This document shows, piece after piece, positions 1 through 5,545 of a DNA stretch of 19,594 nt; position 1 is the first letter of the stretch; each line of letters opens with the position of its first letter. Below the pieces are notes generated by a model. The model did no database searches. It was given only the letters and a program-made list of their open reading frames with translations, and was not told where the DNA came from. The position numbers and the translations under genes were made by a program. The stretch is from positions 1 through 19,594 of the forward strand of contig JBFZAD010000196.1 of the NCBI GenBank assembly GCA_041309125.1, in the 5' to 3' direction. The stretch comes from Candidatus Omnitrophota bacterium. GTDB taxonomy: Bacteria; Omnitrophota; Gorgyraeia; Gygaellales; Gygaellaceae.

Positions 1-839
1 GTATCTACATATACTTTTGGTTCTAGTTTGACCGGAGCAATTACCTCCTTTGGCAATGCCTTTGTCCAACGCACTGTGATATTATTAGTATTAGGCATTA
101 CGGCCCATGCGACTGTCTTCTTGGGCTCTCTTTTAATCTCTACCTTAATTGCAGGGTCAACAAATATCTCAACTTCGTTTTCTTGCATTGTAAACTCAAA
201 CTGGGATATGGGCGCTTGCATAACATCAAAGCTAAAGCTTCCTGGGCCATTCTCACGTTCTCTTTTTGCCTTTATTAAAAATTCTATGTCAAGGGTAAAT
301 CTTCCTGGCTTATCAATCATAAGATAATATTTCCCGCCTTCCATTATGACATAAGCTGAGCCGCTATTTACGCTGACATCAATGAGGCCTACGCTGCTAT
401 TAACAAGCGCTAATTTTGTCCAACCTTTTCTAAAGACTTCAAATATAATTCTTCCCTTTATCTCAGCAACATCCCCGTCGAGTCCTGCCTCGTAATTAGT
501 CTGATATATTGCATAAGAGGATGAGGCCAGGGTAGGCGTAACTTGAGCCGCTGGCTTTTTTGATGCAAGTTGAACTCTTCCTTCTAATTCACCTTGAATA
601 GCATCATTTGCCCCCGCTTGGTCTTCTTCATCCCCAATACGATTTCTTGTCTGCGAGCTTGGTATATTATCATTATAATATGGCTCATATTGCTGCTGAA
701 ACTGTATTTTGTTTGACTTAATTCTTGCATTAAATTTTTCCTTGAAGCTGCCATCGCCGGCCTCTGAAATGTTCGATAATATTATTATACCAAAGCTAAT
801 AATGCATGTTTTAATGACACAATTATGGATTTTAAACAT
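1..839 (-). CDS. Hypothetical secreted or membrane-anchored protein; N-terminal 279 codons, 3' end outside the window
   Basis: My own translation of the minus strand gives ATG at 839-837, preceded by AAGGAGGGGAG (850-840). The frame stays open to base 3 with no stop. The product begins MFKIHNCVIKTCIISFGIIILSNISEAGDGSF, which is hydrophobic and signal-peptide-like. It is missing from the supplied track because it has no stop in the window. No family recognised. Confidence 0.6.
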   Translation of the reverse strand, partial: MFKIHNCVIKTCIISFGIIILSNISEAGDGSFKEKFNARIKSNKIQFQQQYEPYYNDNIPSSQTRNRIGDEEDQAGANDAIQGELEGRVQLASKKPAAQVTPTLASSSYAIYQTNYEAGLDGDVAEIKGRIIFEVFRKGWTKLALVNSSVGLIDVSVNSGSAYVIMEGGKYYLMIDKPGRFTLDIEFLIKAKRERENGPGSFSFDVMQAPISQFEFTMQENEVEIFVDPAIKVEIKREPKKTVAWAVMPNTNNITVRWTKALPKEVIAPVKLEPKVYVD

Positions 840-939
840 CTCCCCTCCTTTTTATTCATCTATATTATTATATAATTATACTGCGCAAAGGGCCAATAAA
901 ATTAAAATTTAATACTTAAGTGAATTCTAACTATTTATT

Positions 940-1431
940 CTATTTATTTAAAATTTCTTCAAGCTCTATGTCTCTTTCAATATAATCCTTTAACCTTTCT
1001 TTTAACTCTGCTCTAATTTTCAACCTTAACTCATCTTTATTCCTGCTTTGTTCATCTATCCTATTCTTATACAACTCATTATGCTCGTATTTATAGTTTT
1101 CTATGGCAGCTCCCGGCAATCTAAATGGGCCGGTAATAATTTTACCGAAGTCACTTAGGTTTGACAAAGCGTCATCGTATATCCTGCCCATTGATTTATA
1201 GTATTCATTTACCATGGCTTTGCGTCTCTTAAAACGAACTCTGGCAAGCTCTTTGTCGCTGGGCGCATTATTCTCTGTATCAATTGTATATTCTGGTATA
1301 ACCAGACCATGTCTTCTTATAAGATAGCCTCCGTTATAACCTTTTTTTGCAAGTTCATACCTATAGGCAGAACAACCAGAAGCAATACAAATAAAAATAA
1401 CTAAGAAACAATATCTGGATCTTGATAGCAT
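940..1431 (-). CDS. Hypothetical lipoprotein with a charged, coiled-coil-like C-terminus
   Basis: 163-aa ORF. The N-terminus MLSRSRYCFLVIFICIASGCSAY has a lipobox-like IASG|C. The C-terminal third is rich in K, E and R. No obvious Shine-Dalgarno precedes the ATG. Confidence 0.55.
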   Translation of the reverse strand: MLSRSRYCFLVIFICIASGCSAYRYELAKKGYNGGYLIRRHGLVIPEYTIDTENNAPSDKELARVRFKRRKAMVNEYYKSMGRIYDDALSNLSDFGKIITGPFRLPGAAIENYKYEHNELYKNRIDEQSRNKDELRLKIRAELKERLKDYIERDIELEEILNK

Positions 1432-1444
1432 TTACAAAAAGGCT

Positions 1445-1579
1445 TTAAATATCTTTCTTTATTTCACATAGAATCTCTTCAAGCTTGTTATATATTTTCT
1501 TTAAGAGATCAGTCTGTTCTTGTTGAAACCTATCTTGTCTTTCCTGAAGCTGCTTTGCCTCTGTGGCTAACTTAGCCAT
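1445..1579 (-). CDS. Candidate small protein (44 aa), predicted helical or coiled-coil
   Basis: My own translation is MAKLATEAKQLQERQDRFQQEQTDLLKKIYNKLEEILCEIKKDI followed by a stop. An AAGGA lies about 10 nt upstream of the ATG. The ORF fills the gap between the GT-C gene stop (1599) and the lipoprotein start (1431). It is apparently too short for the supplied track (shortest listed ORF is 60 aa). Confidence 0.3.
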   Translation of the reverse strand: MAKLATEAKQLQERQDRFQQEQTDLLKKIYNKLEEILCEIKKDI

Positions 1580-1598
1580 ATTGCCTAAGTCCTTAAAG

Positions 1599-3098
1599 TT
1601 AAAATCCATCCAACTCTCCTTCTTTTTTTAAAATTTCTCTTATTGTATCTTTTTGTTTTTCTTCATGCATATTAGCCGCTGGAATATTTAATGCGGCTTT
1701 CCATATCTGAATCGCTTTTTCTTTCTGATTTATATTATAATATGCATGTGCAAGATTAAAATAGGCAAGAAACAATGCCTTTGACTTTAATCTAATTGAA
1801 GTCTCATATTCTCTGATTGCTAAATTATATATTTTTGCATCCATATAAGCACATCCTAAATTATAATGAAGCCTTGCAGCCATCTTTTCAGGTGTTTGTA
1901 GTATCGTATATTTATATAATATTATCTCATCATGCCAGACCATATTCTGTAACCTTGTAAGCTCAGAATATCCAAATATTAAAGTAAAAAATAATAAAAC
2001 GCTTAATATCTTTAATAACTTGGAGAAAGTAAATATTTTTAAAATTAAGATAGCCTCTATAACAAAAAAACCTACGCTAGGCAGATAAAGCCAGTGCTCC
2101 GCAATCAAAGCATTTATAGGAACTATAATATTGACTACAGGTATCAATCCCAAGAAAAACCATAAACTTGCAAAGAATAAAATCTTTTTTCTCTTATAAA
2201 AGCGAACGGTCAAGATAAATATTAAAATAAGCAATAACAGAGATTTAATTATCCTTGGGTCTGTGAATATTTTTGCTAATTCTATATCTCTTTCTATATG
2301 AAGACCGATAGGAAAAATTAATATATATATATATTCGGCTAGGATTGATGGCAGATTAAGTAATCTATACCCAAAAACAACAGGGAATGGATCTTTTTGA
2401 ATAATCTTTAAGATATTAATTCTAAAAAACGTATAACCCAAGATAACAATAAAAAATAGAAAGAAATATTTTTTTAAAAATACTCTTCCATCCCTAAAAA
2501 CAAAAAAGTAAAGACATATCAAAAAAGGAGTTATCAGATATGTCTCTTTGCTTAAGATTGATATTACGAATGATAAGCCACAAAGGATATAAGTTACCGG
2601 ATTTTGTTTTTTTCTAATAGCAAGAATAAAACAAATTAATGCAAAAAAGAAGGCAATTAAATCTGCTCTGCCTGATATATAGGTAACAGCCTGCGTGTGC
2701 ACAGGATGGCACACAAACAGACTGCTTGCAATAAAAGCAATCCTATAGTCACTAAATATGATCTTTAGCAAGAAGAATAACAATATAGCATTACCCACAT
2801 GGAACAGAGTATTTGTAAAGTGGTATCCTATGGGTGGAATTTTAAGATTATAAAGAAAGTAGTCAATCATGAGGCTTAGAGACACAAATGGCCTGTAATA
2901 ACTACTCATGCTTACATCATAATATAAATCATGTTTAAAAATATGAAATATATTCTTAAAAGATTTTATGCCTTCGTTTTGAATAATAAGCAAATAATCA
3001 TCATATACAAATAGATTGTTAAAGGAGTTTAAATAAGTCAAAAATCCAATAACAAATATTGCTAAGACCGCCAAAAGATTTATGCTTTTTGATTCCAT
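1599..3098 (-). CDS. GT-C fold polytopic membrane glycosyltransferase with C-terminal TPR repeats (TMTC/PMT_2-like)
   Basis: The ORF has many hydrophobic helices. An N-terminal FVYDDY motif follows the first TM helix, matching the acidic DD/DE motif of GT-C enzymes. The C-terminus carries TPR-like repeats (YNLGCAYMDAKIYNLAIREYETSI..., FNLAHAYYNINQKEKAIQIWKAAL). I prefer the start at ATG 3098 (MESKSINLL...); the track start at 3155 would overlap the upstream gene by 76 nt. Confidence 0.75.
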   Translation of the reverse strand: MESKSINLLAVLAIFVIGFLTYLNSFNNLFVYDDYLLIIQNEGIKSFKNIFHIFKHDLYYDVSMSSYYRPFVSLSLMIDYFLYNLKIPPIGYHFTNTLFHVGNAILLFFLLKIIFSDYRIAFIASSLFVCHPVHTQAVTYISGRADLIAFFFALICFILAIRKKQNPVTYILCGLSFVISILSKETYLITPFLICLYFFVFRDGRVFLKKYFFLFFIVILGYTFFRINILKIIQKDPFPVVFGYRLLNLPSILAEYIYILIFPIGLHIERDIELAKIFTDPRIIKSLLLLILIFILTVRFYKRKKILFFASLWFFLGLIPVVNIIVPINALIAEHWLYLPSVGFFVIEAILILKIFTFSKLLKILSVLLFFTLIFGYSELTRLQNMVWHDEIILYKYTILQTPEKMAARLHYNLGCAYMDAKIYNLAIREYETSIRLKSKALFLAYFNLAHAYYNINQKEKAIQIWKAALNIPAANMHEEKQKDTIREILKKEGELDGF

Positions 3099-3481
3099 AA
3101 AATTATTATTCGTTTTATAAAAATAAAATATCCTATTATTACACTTATTATACAAGCAAACAGCACTGCTGCTGCAGACATATCCTTGATAACTTTGACT
3201 GCAGGATGAAATTTCTTGTCTGTAATCAGATTTGTTATATCTTCAACCATAGTATTAAAGATTTCACTCACAAATACAAGGCCAATAGTCAATAAAACAA
3301 CTGTCATTTCAAAGGTGCTTATTTTAAAGGCTACTCCGCATAAGATTGCAATTATTGAAAAGAATACTATAAGCTGGGCATTGTGGTGGTTTATAAAGAT
3401 ATTTAAAAGACCTTCTAAGGCGCATAAGAAACTTTTAATCAAGCGTTTATGGTGGACCGTTTGTTTTATTTTTCTTAGCAT
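3080..3481 (-). CDS. dgkA: Diacylglycerol kinase / undecaprenol kinase family small membrane protein (DgkA family)
   Basis: 133 aa with three hydrophobic helices. It has the DgkA-like motifs SEIFNTMVEDITNL and KVIKDMSAAAVL. Its ATG lies 2 nt after the folE stop. Confidence 0.8.
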   Translation of the reverse strand: MLRKIKQTVHHKRLIKSFLCALEGLLNIFINHHNAQLIVFFSIIAILCGVAFKISTFEMTVVLLTIGLVFVSEIFNTMVEDITNLITDKKFHPAVKVIKDMSAAAVLFACIISVIIGYFIFIKRIIILWNQKA

Positions 3482-3483
3482 TA

Positions 3484-4041
3484 TTAACCTTTGATTAATG
3501 CAAGCGTCTCTGAGCGCGTCTTCTCATTTTCCTTAAAAATACCTCTTACGGCTGAAGTTGTAGTAACCGTGCCTGGCTTTTTTACTCCGCGCATTGACAT
3601 GCAAAGATGCTCTGCCTCAATAACAACCATTACTCCAAGGGGTTTAAGCTTTTCCATGATTATCTCAGCAATCTGTGTAGTGAGCCTCTCCTGAACTTGT
3701 GGCCTTTTTGATAATATATCAACGACCCTGGCAATCTTGCTTAGACCAGTTACCCTGCCGCCTTTTGGTATGTAGGCAATATGCGCCCTGCCTAAAAACG
3801 GCAGTAGGTGATGTTCGCAGCAACTGTAAAGGGGTATATTTTTCAGGAGAACTATCTCCTCGTGTTTCTGATCCAAAATAACCTCTAATTCTTTTCTCGG
3901 ATCTTGTTTTATCCCGGCGAATATCTCCTCATACATCTCTGCCACCCTCCTAGGCGTTTCCAGCAAATCCCGACGTTTAGTATCCTCTCCGATTGCCTCT
4001 AAGATCATCCTTACTGCTCTCTCAATTTTCTTTTTATCCAT
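3484..4041 (-). CDS. folE: GTP cyclohydrolase I (FolE type 1)
   Basis: 185 aa with the hallmark [10 protein letters not shown] zinc/active-site motif, the GLSK.AR segment, QVQERLT and [15 protein letters not shown] lies 5 nt upstream of the ATG. Confidence 0.95.
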   Translation of the reverse strand: MDKKKIERAVRMILEAIGEDTKRRDLLETPRRVAEMYEEIFAGIKQDPRKELEVILDQKHEEIVLLKNIPLYSCCEHHLLPFLGRAHIAYIPKGGRVTGLSKIARVVDILSKRPQVQERLTTQIAEIIMEKLKPLGVMVVIEAEHLCMSMRGVKKPGTVTTTSAVRGIFKENEKTRSETLALIKG

Positions 4042-4062
4042 TCTATCTCCTCATGACTAACC

Positions 4063-4080
4063 CTGCCTGCCGGCAGGCAG
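4063..4080. repeat. 18-nt perfect GC-rich palindrome CTGCCTGCCGGCAGGCAG in the mnmE-folE spacer
   Basis: Read directly: CTGCCTGCC is the reverse complement of GGCAGGCAG. As RNA it could form a 7-bp stem with a CCGG loop. No U-tract follows on the transcribed minus strand. Confidence 0.85.
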
Positions 4081-4094
4081 ACACCAAACACCAA
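4081..4094. repeat. Tandem heptamer ACACCAA x2 (TTGGTGT x2 in gene sense), ending 2 nt from the mnmE stop codon
   Basis: Read directly: acaccaa acaccaa at 4081-4094, directly next to the palindrome. Confidence 0.8.
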
Positions 4095-4096
4095 AT

Positions 4097-5545
4097 CTAT
4101 TTCCCTATGCAAAACTCACTAAATATTCTATCCAACACCTCATCCGAAACAGTTTGACCCGTAATTTCACCCAGGCTCTCAATAGCTAATTTTACATCTA
4201 AAGCAACAAATTCCCAAGACAATTTTTGCCTTAAACTATCAACTGACCTAGCGATTGATTCTTCTGATTTCTTCAATGATTCTATATGCCTGGCATTGCT
4301 TACGATAATACTTTGCGTATTTATAATCTTGCCATGCCAAATCTTTTTTATGATTTCATTTTCTAAATCACCGAGCCCTATATTTCTTGTTGCAGATAGT
4401 CTGATTATCTTTTTAAATTTTTTCTTTAATAGATTAACCTCTATCTTTAATGGTAGGTCAACCTTATTAATAACTACAATAAGTTCTTTGTCCCCAGAAA
4501 GTTTAATTATCTGTTTATCTTGGTTGCTGATTTTCTTACTGCCGTCAAATATCAATAATACTAAATTTGCTTCCTTTAAATATCTTAAGCTGCGCGATAT
4601 AGCCTCTTTTTCAATTATATCCTTTGGCTCAATAATTCCTGCCGTGTCGACAAAGCGTAGTGGCACTCCCTTAATATCAACAAACTCTTCAATGACATCG
4701 CGGGTTGTCCCGGCAATTGGAGTTACAATTGCCCTCTCTTCACGTAAAAGCATATTCAATAGAGAAGATTTACCTACATTTGGCTTGCCACAGATAACAA
4801 CATTAATTCCCTCTCTTAAAATCTTGCCTTCGTTTGAGTTATGAAGGATCGAGATAATTTTGGATTTTAAATTTTTAAGCATTTTCTTTATCTCTTTATA
4901 TGATAGGCTGCTATTATCCTCATCAGGAAAATCAATATTTGCCTCTATTTGAGTCAAGATATCTAGCAGCAATCCTCTTAGAACATTAATCTCTTTTGAT
5001 AGCCTTCCCCTTAATTGATCCAGGCCTAATTGTAGTCCCATGTCTGTCTTTGAGCTCACAATATCTAAAACAGCCTCTGCCTGAGTAAGATCTATTCTGC
5101 CGTTTATAAAGGCGCGCTGGGTAAACTCGCCAGGACGGGCGAGCCTTGCACCATTTGACAAGACTAAATCTAGAATATTTTTTAAAGGAACAATCCCTGA
5201 ATGACAGTTTATCTCAACTATATCTTCGCGCGTGTATGTATGCGGCGCCCTCATTACCGTCACCAGCACCTCGTCAATAATGTTGCGTAGTGCGTAGTGC
5301 GTAGTGCGTACAGCGTTTTCTTTCGACGCACGACGCACGACGCACGACGCACGACGATTAATAATCCAGCCATAATTTGTAGAATAGTTCCTAGCCTTGC
5401 TTAAACTTCTTGCCTTTGCCGATTTAAAAATCCTATCTACAATCTTGATGGCGTCTTTGCCGCTAACCTTAACGATGCCGATTCCGCCTTCCCCTATCGG
5501 AGTCGAGATAGCAACGATTGTATCGTGTAAATCTAATTCAGACAT
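4097..5545 (-). CDS. mnmE: tRNA modification GTPase MnmE (TrmE)
   Basis: The N-terminus is DTIVAISTP.GEGGIGIV. The G-domain has GKPNVGKSSLLN, TPIAGTTRD and DTAGI. The C-terminus ends in the hallmark FCIGK. The ATG overlaps the folC stop by 13 nt. Confidence 0.95.
   Translation of the reverse strand: MSELDLHDTIVAISTPIGEGGIGIVKVSGKDAIKIVDRIFKSAKARSLSKARNYSTNYGWIINRRASCVVRRASKENAVRTTHYALRNIIDEVLVTVMRAPHTYTREDIVEINCHSGIVPLKNILDLVLSNGARLARPGEFTQRAFINGRIDLTQAEAVLDIVSSKTDMGLQLGLDQLRGRLSKEINVLRGLLLDILTQIEANIDFPDEDNSSLSYKEIKKMLKNLKSKIISILHNSNEGKILREGINVVICGKPNVGKSSLLNMLLREERAIVTPIAGTTRDVIEEFVDIKGVPLRFVDTAGIIEPKDIIEKEAISRSLRYLKEANLVLLIFDGSKKISNQDKQIIKLSGDKELIVVINKVDLPLKIEVNLLKKKFKKIIRLSATRNIGLGDLENEIIKKIWHGKIINTQSIIVSNARHIESLKKSEESIARSVDSLRQKLSWEFVALDVKLAIESLGEITGQTVSDEVLDRIFSEFCIGK
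5284..5356. repeat. Inverted pair of heptamer arrays inside mnmE: (TGCGTAG)x3+TGCGTAC, a 12-nt spacer, then (CGACGCA)x4+CGACG
   Basis: Read directly. Arm 5284-5311 and arm 5324-5351 are complementary at 23 of 28 positions, with one A/G mismatch per unit. In frame they encode NRRASCVVRRASKENAVRTTHYALRN. Confidence 0.9.

Noticed and set aside
28-327. Plus-strand 99-aa ORF from the track, and the similar 709-912 ORF
   Set aside because: Both lie antisense to the much longer minus-strand ORF 1-839, which has a strong Shine-Dalgarno. The products are low-complexity and hydrophobic, as expected for antisense frames in AT-rich coding DNA.
867-896. TTGGCC-18-TATAAT promoter-like hexamers upstream of the 1-839 ORF
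   Set aside because: The -35 is weak, the spacer is 18 nt, and several overlapping TATAAT-like strings occur in a TA-rich spacer. This is not distinguishable from background without transcript data.
2321-2334. An (AT)7 dinucleotide microsatellite inside the GT-C glycosyltransferase gene
   Set aside because: It encodes YIYI within a hydrophobic helix. Such tracts are expected by chance at this base composition, and nothing supports phase variation.
4063-4080. The GC-rich palindrome as a Rho-independent terminator for mnmE
   Set aside because: No U-tract follows the hairpin on the transcribed minus strand. The folE ribosome-binding site follows 10 nt later, so read-through is expected.
4296-4844. 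Plus-strand 182-aa ORF. Other long plus-strand ORFs fall in the same class: 5714-6058, 7008-7388, 8289-8564, 14959-15249 and 17470-17970.
   Set aside because: All are antisense shadows of the strongly supported genes mnmE, folC, purH, hypE and the M20 hydrolase. None has independent support.
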